Sequence record: OP557969.1
DNA: 64,000 nt
Source: Escherichia phage ph0011
Strand: one strand, 5' to 3'
A program made the translations under genes and the position numbers. Shown here in pieces: positions 17,354 through 24,984 of the stretch (position 1 is the first letter of the stretch; the number at the start of each line of letters is the position of its first letter). The notes under the pieces are model-generated. The model did not search any database. It was not told where the DNA came from and was given only the letters and a program-made list of their open reading frames with translations.

Positions 17354-17424
17354 CAGGACGGGGAACGAAATAAGTAACCCCGTTAAGTAGTCCAGGAGTA
17401 AGACATACGAAAAACTCCCCTGAT
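17354..17424 (+). other. structured about 75-nt leader element (copy 2)
   Basis: Near-identical to 6731-6803; between tandem promoters upstream of 17494. Confidence 0.45.
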
Positions 17425-17493
17425 AAAATAGTTTGACAATAGAAAGTAAACGAGTATAATACTTACATCAACCACTGATAAGGAAACATTAAA

Positions 17494-17769
17494 ATGCGGA
17501 CTTTACTTACAGCTAACGAAATCGAGCAAGTACTGACTACTAATCTGGAACAATGGAAACGTGAAGCAGATATCCAGGCGGTTCAATGCCTTAACGATAA
17601 GTTAACGCCAGATGACTTAAGCACGATTGTTGATCCACAATTTTATGAAGATATTCACGACACGTCTTTAAGCGTCGAGGATGTACTTGATAAGCACTAC
17701 ATTGATACTGATTTACATGTTTACGGTCGTAAAAACTTTATCACTATTCACGACATTTACAATACTTAA
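17494..17769 (+). CDS. hypothetical acidic protein (91 aa)
   Basis: RBS TAAGGAAA upstream. Confidence 0.65.
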   Translation: MRTLLTANEIEQVLTTNLEQWKREADIQAVQCLNDKLTPDDLSTIVDPQFYEDIHDTSLSVEDVLDKHYIDTDLHVYGRKNFITIHDIYNT

Positions 17770-17772
17770 GTA

Positions 17773-17836
17773 TTGACAAAGTATCTTAGTACTGTATAAT
17801 AGTTTACATCAAGTGAGGGGAAACGGTTCCCCTCCT
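17773..17836 (+). promoter_or_regulatory. early promoter plus 5' leader hairpin cassette (duplicate A)
   Basis: TTGACA, AGTACTGTATAAT, GAGGGGAA..TTCCCCTC hairpin; about 85-bp near-identical copy at 18044-18127. Confidence 0.65.
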
Positions 17837-17857
17837 AACAAAGAGAGAGAAATTAAA

Positions 17858-18040
17858 ATGGCTAAGTGCACTATCTGTAAGAAAGAAATCGTATTAGTTC
17901 CAAGTGCCCGTGAACGTGCCGCTCGGTTCGGTGGCAAAGCGTCAGACTATACAAAAATGTTTACTGCCCATGCAGCTTGTCAAGTAGCAAAACGTTCACA
18001 AGAAAGCGTAGAATTAATGCGTAAACTTTCCAAAAAATAA
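17858..18040 (+). CDS. micro-protein (60 aa), Cys/Lys-rich
   Basis: Start at MAKCTICKKE after hairpin and RBS AGAGAGAGA; start set from track frame. Confidence 0.6.
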   Translation: MAKCTICKKEIVLVPSARERAARFGGKASDYTKMFTAHAACQVAKRSQESVELMRKLSKK

Positions 18041-18043
18041 GTA

Positions 18044-18104
18044 TTGACAAAGTATCTTAGTACTGTATAATAGTTTACATCAAGCGAGGGGAATGGTTCC
18101 CCTC
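18044..18104 (+). promoter_or_regulatory. early promoter plus 5' leader hairpin cassette (duplicate B)
   Basis: Near-identical to 17773-17836. Confidence 0.65.
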
Positions 18105-18127
18105 CTAACAAAGAGAGAGAAATAAAA

Positions 18128-18451
18128 ATGGCTATGATCCTTACCCAGAAAGTAGAACTGAAAATTGTAACCTCCTTTGACATTAAAGTTAATCGGTGGA
18201 CTGATAGCCACGGCAATACTTACCACTCCTGCTACGTGTCCGCATTGATTGGTGATCGCTGGGAAGACCTGGGACACGAAACCTTTACATACGGTTACGG
18301 CACACAAGGCGAGTACACGGGTTTAGAAATCATTAAGGAAACTGTAATAGGTTTCAACCCGAAAGAGAAAGTACTACACAGAATTGAGAAAGAGATCAAC
18401 AAAGAAATTACAGTTCGCTACTACGATGTAAAACGTAAGAAAGACATGTAA
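18128..18451 (+). CDS. hypothetical protein, paralog of 11552..11896
   Basis: Shared GNTY, YGYG, DVKRKKD. Confidence 0.7.
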   Translation: MAMILTQKVELKIVTSFDIKVNRWTDSHGNTYHSCYVSALIGDRWEDLGHETFTYGYGTQGEYTGLEIIKETVIGFNPKEKVLHRIEKEINKEITVRYYDVKRKKDM

Positions 18452-18546
18452 TAGAATCCATTTAAAGTACTATTTGACATTGCCCAGATAGTACTTTATA
18501 ATAGACTCTAACTTGTAGTACTAACTTAACTAATAGGATGTATACC

Positions 18547-18942
18547 ATGATTACTAAATTCTACGCTACCCGTGAAGCTGCCCGTATTGTTGCACGCGAG
18601 GAAGGAGCAGCATTTAAAGACATGGGCAAAGATGCACCGAAAGGTCAACGCTGGGCCGTACAGTTCAAAGAAATCTCTGATATTGTGAATTCACCTGAGC
18701 CAGTACTGACAGCAGCAGAACTAAAACGAGCGGATATGCTGGCGGCAATACTTGACGCACAAGATGAGTTTATCGCTGATTCTGATATCAAAGTACAGGT
18801 AAACCACACCGCATGGACTCACGCGGATCACCTGGCAAACCTTAAGCGTCCAAGTGAACTGATTCGCAACCAGAAAGAGATCCGACATGATCGTAAGGGT
18901 AATCGTGTAACAGTATACAGTAAACGCCGCCAGGTTATCTAA
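18547..18942 (+). CDS. hypothetical protein, paralog of 5861..6127
   Basis: Start at MITKFYATRE (RBS AGGA 8 nt upstream). Confidence 0.6.
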   Translation: MITKFYATREAARIVAREEGAAFKDMGKDAPKGQRWAVQFKEISDIVNSPEPVLTAAELKRADMLAAILDAQDEFIADSDIKVQVNHTAWTHADHLANLKRPSELIRNQKEIRHDRKGNRVTVYSKRRQVI

Positions 18943-18964
18943 TAACTTGCAGTACTAACAACAC

Positions 18965-18990
18965 GGCGGGATCAGTTCCCGCCTTTTTTA
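18965..18990 (+). terminator. rho-independent terminator
   Basis: GGCGGGA/TCCCGCC stem then TTTTTTA; same stem type as leader hairpins but with a U-run. Confidence 0.7.
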
Positions 18991-19003
18991 TAGGACAAAC
19001 AAA

Positions 19004-19258
19004 ATGATTAAGGTTCAACTATATAAAGATAACATCTTACGGGTACACTATAAAGCACCGAAGAGAATCATCACAAAGGCCGTACAGCTTGCTAATGAGT
19101 TTATTAATGGTAACCTATTACCGAGGAAGTTAAGCAACGGGAAACTGCGTGTAATCGATGTGGACACTAACAACAGGATAGTAATCGAGAACACAGGAAA
19201 GATAAACCTTTATGAGCATCAACAATACAATAAGAAAATAAAACTAATATCACGTTGA
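19004..19258 (+). CDS. hypothetical basic protein (84 aa)
   Basis: RBS AGGACAAACAAA. Confidence 0.55.
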   Translation: MIKVQLYKDNILRVHYKAPKRIITKAVQLANEFINGNLLPRKLSNGKLRVIDVDTNNRIVIENTGKINLYEHQQYNKKIKLISR

Positions 19259-19311
19259 CAGTACTCAATTGTTTTAGTATTATGTACACATACCAACACG
19301 GGAGAAACAAA

Positions 19312-19530
19312 ATGAAATTATCTAAAATCGAAAAGAAAACTATTGATGAAGCAGTTAAGCACGGTTATACCTTTCGTAATGATTCACATTTTACCAATTT
19401 TCAACAAGGGTATCGTACTATTAAAAAACTAATTGACAAAGGTTTATTAGTTGAAGTCAATAACGGTAACGGTATCGAGTATCAACCAACACAGGACGCA
19501 TTTTATTTTAAGAAATATAATATTATCTAA
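19312..19530 (+). CDS. hypothetical protein (72 aa)
   Basis: Start at MKLSKIEKK after RBS GGGAGAAACAAA. Confidence 0.55.
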   Translation: MKLSKIEKKTIDEAVKHGYTFRNDSHFTNFQQGYRTIKKLIDKGLLVEVNNGNGIEYQPTQDAFYFKKYNII

Positions 19531-19588
19531 TTGACAGTACTCAAATGTTTTAGTACTATATGTACATACCAACACGGGGGGAAACAAA

Positions 19589-19831
19589 ATGATTACTTTA
19601 GAAAAACGTATCAAAGAAACTACATCGCTGGTGGAACTGTTAACAGTACTCAAATGTAAAACAACACCATTCAGCACGCCGGACTTTATTAATATGGTTG
19701 ATGTTAATGGTCGCTATCGTATCACGGTCGAACAAGGAGCGGCGAAAGTATTCAGTACTAAAAACACGAAGGAAGTGATCCACGCCGTTAATGTTAAAAA
19801 AGTAGTTGCCATTGATAGTAAAGTACTGTAA
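19589..19831 (+). CDS. hypothetical protein (80 aa)
   Basis: RBS GGGGGGAAACAAA; upstream module repeats that of 19312. Confidence 0.55.
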   Translation: MITLEKRIKETTSLVELLTVLKCKTTPFSTPDFINMVDVNGRYRITVEQGAAKVFSTKNTKEVIHAVNVKKVVAIDSKVL

Positions 19832-19862
19832 TATAGTTTCATTAACTCAAGGAGAACATGCA

Positions 19863-20447
19863 ATGCGTAATTATACTAAATTCATCCGTACACTGTCAGA
19901 AATGGAAACCAACAAAGAGATCCTTTCAGCTTGTCGGTTAGCTGGCCTGGAGATCATCGGTGCTGGTTCTTCCCGTATAGTTTTCGCTTTAAATGATCGG
20001 TTAGTGATTAAGGTCGCGAATTGTGATGCGGGTGTAGAACAAAATGAAACTGAATGTAAGGTATGGAATTTTTTAGACTATGACCGCCCTCAATTGAAAC
20101 AGTACTTTGCAAAGGTGCATATGCATTTATGCGATCCTGATAATATGTTTATCGTTATGGATCGGTTGAGTACTGCAAGCAAAGGCAGTGTGAAGCACGT
20201 AAACGCGTGCAATGAATTAAAGTACAATATTAAACGTAATGCAATCGAACGCCAGCACCGCTTTGCTGATGCACTACAACACGTTGATGATACATTATCA
20301 ACACTAACGATAAGAGATATCAGAAAACAGAATATCGGCCAGGATCGTAATGGACTTATTAAAGTACTTGATTACGGTTTAACCAGCAATATCTGGAATC
20401 AGTACTATAAAAAGCGTGATGTGGCAGCAAGTAAGGTAACACGATAA
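19863..20447 (+). CDS. minimal protein-kinase-like protein (about 195 aa)
   Basis: Gly-rich loop IIGAGSSRIVF, Lys motif LVIKVA, catalytic-loop-like IRDIRKQN, DFG-like LDYG in canonical order and spacing; RBS AAGGAG. Confidence 0.6.
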   Translation: MRNYTKFIRTLSEMETNKEILSACRLAGLEIIGAGSSRIVFALNDRLVIKVANCDAGVEQNETECKVWNFLDYDRPQLKQYFAKVHMHLCDPDNMFIVMDRLSTASKGSVKHVNACNELKYNIKRNAIERQHRFADALQHVDDTLSTLTIRDIRKQNIGQDRNGLIKVLDYGLTSNIWNQYYKKRDVAASKVTR

Positions 20448-20459
20448 AAAAGATTAAAA

Positions 20460-20560
20460 AAGGGATTGACTCCGGTCAGTCCCTTTGCTATTATATATCC
20501 ATTGAGAGATAACTCACTGACCCATAGGGTGCGGAAGTGTATCTATTATATAAGTATTCA
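20460..20560 (+). repeat. GGGTGCG-core intergenic element with own promoter
   Basis: GGGATTGACTCCGGTCAGTCCCTTTGCTATTATATA ... CCCATAGGGTGCGGAAGTGTATCTAT. Confidence 0.5.
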
Positions 20561-20667
20561 GTACTGAAAACTATTTTTAAAAAAGTACTTGCATTGTACT
20601 TAGAATCAAGTATAATGTTTTATATCGAGAGGGGGAATGGTTCTCCCTGGCAATAAGGAATAAAATC

Positions 20668-20889
20668 ATGACTACAATGACTTGCATTTACGCTTCTAAT
20701 CTTCTGAATGATGCGGCCTTTAATGTTGATTCAGAATATCAATGTTATCGGGATGAAAATAAAAAAGTTTTTGTAGTTGATAATAATGGTTTCCATATTG
20801 AATTACAATCCGGCTTCACTGGTGTTGATGGTAAATCAGTATGGGGCGTACAGGATGATAAAGGCACATATCATTTTAAACGTAATTAA
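20668..20889 (+). CDS. hypothetical protein (73 aa)
   Basis: Promoter, GGGGGAATGGTTCTCCC hairpin, RBS TAAGGA. Confidence 0.65.
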   Translation: MTTMTCIYASNLLNDAAFNVDSEYQCYRDENKKVFVVDNNGFHIELQSGFTGVDGKSVWGVQDDKGTYHFKRN

Positions 20890-20892
20890 GTA

Positions 20893-20951
20893 TTGACAAA
20901 GTATATCAGTACTGTATAATAGTTTACATCAAGGGGAGAATAGTTCTCCCC
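20893..20951 (+). promoter_or_regulatory. early promoter plus 5' leader hairpin cassette (duplicate C)
   Basis: TTGACA, AGTACTGTATAAT, GGGGAGAA-tag-TTCTCCCC; near-identical copy at 21385-21442. Confidence 0.65.
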
Positions 20952-20972
20952 GATACTAAAAGGAATAAAATC

Positions 20973-21377
20973 ATGACTACTACTAATCAAGCTCGGTCCA
21001 TCGCCAACGATAAAAATCATGCTGCAATGGTCGCTGGTTACATTGAAGCTATGCAATTCAGTACTGTACACAATGAGAACGGCGATTACCTGGAAGATTA
21101 TGAATTATCAGAGCAAGCCCATCAAGCGGCGGTGATTGCATGTTCTCGCTTCATTGAGAAACACGGTAATGATCTGGAAGTAGTTCGCGGTATGTTTATT
21201 GATTACGGTTATGAGCAAGCTGGTCATGATCTCTTTCTTACTCGCGAAGGTCACGGCACTGGTTTTTGGGATCGTGGTTTAGGTCACTATGGCGATGTAT
21301 TCACGAAGTACTGCGAAGAAATCAACGTTTGCGATCCCTATGTAGGCGATGATAATCTAATCTATATGGGCGAATAA
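20973..21377 (+). CDS. hypothetical protein (134 aa)
   Basis: RBS AAAGGA after hairpin. Confidence 0.65.
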   Translation: MTTTNQARSIANDKNHAAMVAGYIEAMQFSTVHNENGDYLEDYELSEQAHQAAVIACSRFIEKHGNDLEVVRGMFIDYGYEQAGHDLFLTREGHGTGFWDRGLGHYGDVFTKYCEEINVCDPYVGDDNLIYMGE

Positions 21378-21384
21378 AAGTATT

Positions 21385-21442
21385 TGACAAAGTATATCAG
21401 TACTGTATAATAGTTTACATCAAGGGGAGAATAGTTCTCCCC
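21385..21442 (+). promoter_or_regulatory. early promoter plus 5' leader hairpin cassette (duplicate D)
   Basis: Near-identical to 20893-20951. Confidence 0.65.
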
Positions 21443-21461
21443 ACTAAAAGGAAACAAAATT

Positions 21462-21734
21462 ATGTCTAGCTACTCCGCAACTATGATCATCAAAGATATG
21501 AATAACAATCCTACCGCCGCTGGTGGATCGTTCGGTAACATTAACCTAGATGGTCGGTTATCCATGCAATCAGCCATCGATGCAGCGAAAGAAGTTTTTA
21601 AGAATGAATGTACTGTTAGTAAGCTGGATTATATGGGTTTCGCTATCGAGAAAACTACTCGTTTTGTGAACTACAAAAATCCACTGATGATTGATACTAA
21701 CCTGAAAGCTAACGAAGTGGGGTACTTATTATGA
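21462..21734 (+). CDS. hypothetical protein (90 aa)
   Basis: RBS AAAGGAAAC after hairpin. Confidence 0.65.
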   Translation: MSSYSATMIIKDMNNNPTAAGGSFGNINLDGRLSMQSAIDAAKEVFKNECTVSKLDYMGFAIEKTTRFVNYKNPLMIDTNLKANEVGYLL

Positions 21735-21922
21735 CAGTAGAAGAAGTTAAAAAAGTACTGGCAGTACTACGATATCATAATCATTGCAAGGTGAAGAATG
21801 ATCCTGATTATCTTGATTCATCCCTGGAGGAAGACACCTTGAACGCTATAAGCCATATGCAGACATTAGCAAAGCGTATGACTGAAAAGAATATGCCGGA
21901 CTATATCGGAAATAAAATTTAA
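21731..21922 (+). CDS. hypothetical protein (63 aa)
   Basis: ATGA overlap with upstream gene. Confidence 0.5.
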   Translation: MTVEEVKKVLAVLRYHNHCKVKNDPDYLDSSLEEDTLNAISHMQTLAKRMTEKNMPDYIGNKI

Positions 21923-22009
21923 AAAGTACTTGCATTGTAGTTAGATTAACGTATAATGTTTTATATCGAGAGGGGGAAATGGTTTCCCCTCAAGTCCAGG
22001 AGATACACC

Positions 22010-22273
22010 ATGAACACTATCGAAATCACTATCAATGCACACGTATACGACAACGTAGTACTGCAAACTACTATGACCGCCAATGATACCAGTACTTTGC
22101 GGAATACTGTTATTAGTGCCGTATGTGCCGCTATCGGTGATGTCGCCCTGGAAAATGCAAAACACGTAAACGATGGTTTCACTATGTGCAAACGTGATAA
22201 CGCAAAACATATCATCGTGGAAGGTTACGGCGGTGTAGAATTTAATGTTTATATGAAAAAAGTACTTGCATAA
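22010..22273 (+). CDS. hypothetical protein (87 aa)
   Basis: Start at MNTIEIT after GGGGGAAA..TTTCCCC hairpin and RBS CAGGAG. Confidence 0.6.
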   Translation: MNTIEITINAHVYDNVVLQTTMTANDTSTLRNTVISAVCAAIGDVALENAKHVNDGFTMCKRDNAKHIIVEGYGGVEFNVYMKKVLA

Positions 22274-22340
22274 TAACTAAAACAAAGTATAATGTTTTGC
22301 ATAGGGGGAGATATCCTCCCCCACTAAAAGGAGTAATAAA

Positions 22341-22565
22341 ATGGCTAACTTTGATGAACTGATGCGGGAAGTAGCTAACCTGGCAGAAGAGAAGAAATCA
22401 TTCGATTCTATCTATAACACCGCTCACCGTGATTCAGTACTGGCATGTAACCAGGATCAAAAAGATGAACTAATCGCCACCTATCATGAAGCATGGAAGT
22501 ACTACCGACAATGGGAGAAAGAAGAAAGTGAGTCTACCATTGACGGCCTCAATAATCTAATCTAA
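22341..22565 (+). CDS. hypothetical acidic protein (74 aa)
   Basis: Promoter, GGGGGAG..CTCCCCC hairpin, RBS AAAGGAG. Confidence 0.65.
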   Translation: MANFDELMREVANLAEEKKSFDSIYNTAHRDSVLACNQDQKDELIATYHEAWKYYRQWEKEESESTIDGLNNLI

Positions 22566-22581
22566 AAGTTTTATTTCAGTA

Positions 22582-22615
22582 CTATTGACATAGCTTGATA
22601 GTACTGATGTAATAA
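22582..22615 (+). promoter_or_regulatory. class-2 early promoter
   Basis: AGTACTATTGACA ... AGTACTGATGTAAT. Confidence 0.5.
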
Positions 22616-22641
22616 CTTTACTAACTACAAGGGGAAACATA

Positions 22642-22899
22642 ATGGATCAGTTCACACAATATCGGGTAAATCCACAAGCTATGGCCTACGTAGAAGACCA
22701 TAAAACGTTACCAGTACTGCAACCAGTTAAAGGCCATATCTATCGTGCAATGTCGTGGTGTACGGCCCAGGATGGCTATAAAACCGTAGCCGTGGGTATG
22801 TATTGCGGTGATGGTGAATGGTTTGATCCAAATAATCCGGTAGCCATTGACAGTACTGAAAAAATGAAATGGGCCGACTACATCGAAGATATTTCATAA
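22642..22899 (+). CDS. hypothetical protein (85 aa)
   Basis: RBS AAGGGGAAA. Confidence 0.6.
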   Translation: MDQFTQYRVNPQAMAYVEDHKTLPVLQPVKGHIYRAMSWCTAQDGYKTVAVGMYCGDGEWFDPNNPVAIDSTEKMKWADYIEDIS

Positions 22900-22989
22900 A
22901 AACTATTTGACAGTACTAACCAGTAATGTATAATGTTTTACATAGAGCGGGGGAATAGTTCTCCCGCCAATAGTTTGGAGTAAAACATT

Positions 22990-23190
22990 ATGTCTATCGC
23001 TATCGCCATGGTTGAAGTACTGAAAGAAGCTAAAGCCAACCAGATCGACGTAAAGATCCAGGAACTACAAAACGGCTTAATCGGCTGTACTTGTACCGCT
23101 GGTGGAGCGGCAGACTATCGAGAACACGAATCACTCGAATCACTGGTTCGGTATCTTACCATGATCGTTGATGATTGGAGAATCATCTAA
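22990..23190 (+). CDS. hypothetical protein (66 aa)
   Basis: Promoter, GCGGGGGAA..TTCTCCCGC hairpin, RBS GGAG. Confidence 0.6.
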   Translation: MSIAIAMVEVLKEAKANQIDVKIQELQNGLIGCTCTAGGAADYREHESLESLVRYLTMIVDDWRII

Positions 23191-23199
23191 CAAAAAAGA

Positions 23200-23330
23200 A
23201 TAAAAAAAGGGATTGACTCCGGTCAGTCCCTTTGCTATTATATACGCATAGACAAAAACTAGCCCACAGGGTGCATAGGTGTATCCAAAATATATAGTTA
23301 ATAACGGTGAGTAACTATCTGCTGGTGGAA
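23200..23330 (+). repeat. GGGTGCG-core intergenic element with own promoter (longest copy)
   Basis: Same 5' part as 17190 copy with an insertion in the central region. Confidence 0.5.
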
Positions 23331-23435
23331 CTAAAACTATTAATAAAAAAGTATTGACAAAGTATATCAGTACTGCAATAATGTATCTCATAGGGCGGCA
23401 ATGGTGCGACGGCCCACAAAGTTAGGAGATTCAAA

Positions 23436-23768
23436 ATGACTACTTCAATCGCTATCGTTAAAGCTTTCATCCGTACTAATGTTTCCTCTGTATTCATCGA
23501 CGGCCTCGACCGTAACGTAGAATACTCAATCATTATCGCACAAACGGCAAACGGTTCTCGGTACATCCTGAATGATAGTGAAGCAAATCACTACTACTTC
23601 ACTAAAGCCACTGGCTTTAAACGCATCGATGCTGATGTAGTATACGCTAAGATGAATAAGCTGGTAGATAAGATTAACGCTAAAGGTACTATAGATTTAC
23701 AGTACTGGACCGAAACCGATCCAGAATATGGATCTCACCGCTACCTGAATCCAGGTATTAAAATGTAA
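23436..23768 (+). CDS. hypothetical protein (110 aa)
   Basis: Promoter, GGGCGG..CGGCCC hairpin, RBS TAGGAG. Confidence 0.65.
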   Translation: MTTSIAIVKAFIRTNVSSVFIDGLDRNVEYSIIIAQTANGSRYILNDSEANHYYFTKATGFKRIDADVVYAKMNKLVDKINAKGTIDLQYWTETDPEYGSHRYLNPGIKM

Positions 23769-23832
23769 AAAGTACTTGCATAGTACTTAGATTCATGTAT
23801 AATGTTTTACATAGAGAGGGGGAAATGGTTCT
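23766..23832 (+). promoter_or_regulatory. early promoter plus 5' leader hairpin cassette
   Basis: AGTACTTGCAT, TATAAT, GAGGGGGAAA-tgg-TTCTCCCTC hairpin. Confidence 0.6.
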
Positions 23833-23857
23833 CCCTCCTAAATTAAGGAGTTTTATC

Positions 23858-24259
23858 ATGACCTTCTCAATCACTTCCTTCGCTGACGTTTTAGTACTGG
23901 CTCGGACTTTTGGTAAAGATGCACTGGAGTACGCTGTAAGTAATGGCACTATCCAACCGGAACAGTGCCGCATCATTGGAAACTGCAAACGTTGGGCGGT
24001 TTCCAATACTATTGCACTGGAAAACTTCCACGATGGCAACAATGAATATTCTGTTGATGTAGTATTCGAAGCCGTTGATCTCGGCGGTATCTATAATACT
24101 AACCTGAATGATGTGCGTATCGTTCGCACTGGGTTCGGTGCTTATGATGTATCTATTCGTGAAGCTATGAACACCGGATACATTAGCAAGGACTTACTTG
24201 CTCACATCATGCAGCTGTGTACGGAACGTAACGAAGCACGCACTATCTTAGGGTTGTAA
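23858..24259 (+). CDS. hypothetical protein (133 aa)
   Basis: Start at MTFSITSF after hairpin and RBS AAGGAG. Confidence 0.65.
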   Translation: MTFSITSFADVLVLARTFGKDALEYAVSNGTIQPEQCRIIGNCKRWAVSNTIALENFHDGNNEYSVDVVFEAVDLGGIYNTNLNDVRIVRTGFGAYDVSIREAMNTGYISKDLLAHIMQLCTERNEARTILGL

Positions 24260-24327
24260 GCGTTACACATCATCAAACATCATAGGCCGCTCTCTAGCGG
24301 CCTTAACTATATCAGGAGTACATACAC

Positions 24328-24537
24328 ATGATCTATACAGTATACAACGTTCTAGGCACTATTGCAGGCGTACATGATAACGTCGATGGTGCTATGCGTA
24401 CAGTACTGCAACAGGTTCCACTAAAGCCTAAGACCATTAAGCAGATGACAGCACGACTAACCAGGGCGACGGCTGGCGTGGAAGTATGGCAGGACTATGG
24501 GGATACACAGATAATCGTAAGCGTAACGAAGGATTAA
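24328..24537 (+). CDS. hypothetical protein (69 aa)
   Basis: RBS CAGGAG; last gene before the FamB array. Confidence 0.6.
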   Translation: MIYTVYNVLGTIAGVHDNVDGAMRTVLQQVPLKPKTIKQMTARLTRATAGVEVWQDYGDTQIIVSVTKD

Positions 24538-24699
24538 TGCGTAAAAGGATTTAGTACTGATTCAGAAAAAAGTCAAGGCGTTTTTAAAATTATGCGTTAA
24601 AAAAATGCATAGGTAATCCCTTGACTTTTTTGAAATAAAAGGGATTGGACTATGGCAAAATGCGTAGGGGGCTAAAGGGCGGGTAACCTTAGCGACTTC

Positions 24700-24750
24700 G
24701 ATAAAGGGGTATTACGAATAAAATGTTATTGACTTTTTATATAAATCGTA
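24700..24750 (+). promoter_or_regulatory. sigma70-type promoter heading the FamB array
   Basis: TTGACT, about 17-bp spacer, TATAAAAT; no further promoter seen for several kb. Confidence 0.5.
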
Positions 24751-24756
24751 TAAAAT

Positions 24757-24984
24757 ATGATTGATAATAATTTTAAGGGAGTCCCTGTGCGTATTTTAAC
24801 TCAAGCAGAACACCACGAAAGACTTATTAACAATATGGCTATGATAATGTATAAGTCACATAAACGTGGTATTGCCTATAAGCATGAATTAGTACTGGAA
24901 CTATTCATTGGGACTAACTATCAGGAAAGGTATGTCAACGATTGGATTTGGTATTTAATTGAAGATATAACGAGTAAACTATGA
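24757..24984 (+). CDS. FamB small protein
   Basis: Motif FIGTNYQERYV; first array member. Confidence 0.55.
   Translation: MIDNNFKGVPVRILTQAEHHERLINNMAMIMYKSHKRGIAYKHELVLELFIGTNYQERYVNDWIWYLIEDITSKL

Noticed and set aside
5019-23857. N-terminal extensions of track ORFs (for example 5019, 7539, 8425, 9186, 13052, 16757, 17813, 19255, 21956, 23795)
   Set aside because: The extensions read through the promoter and leader hairpin; starts were moved to the ATG following the RBS.
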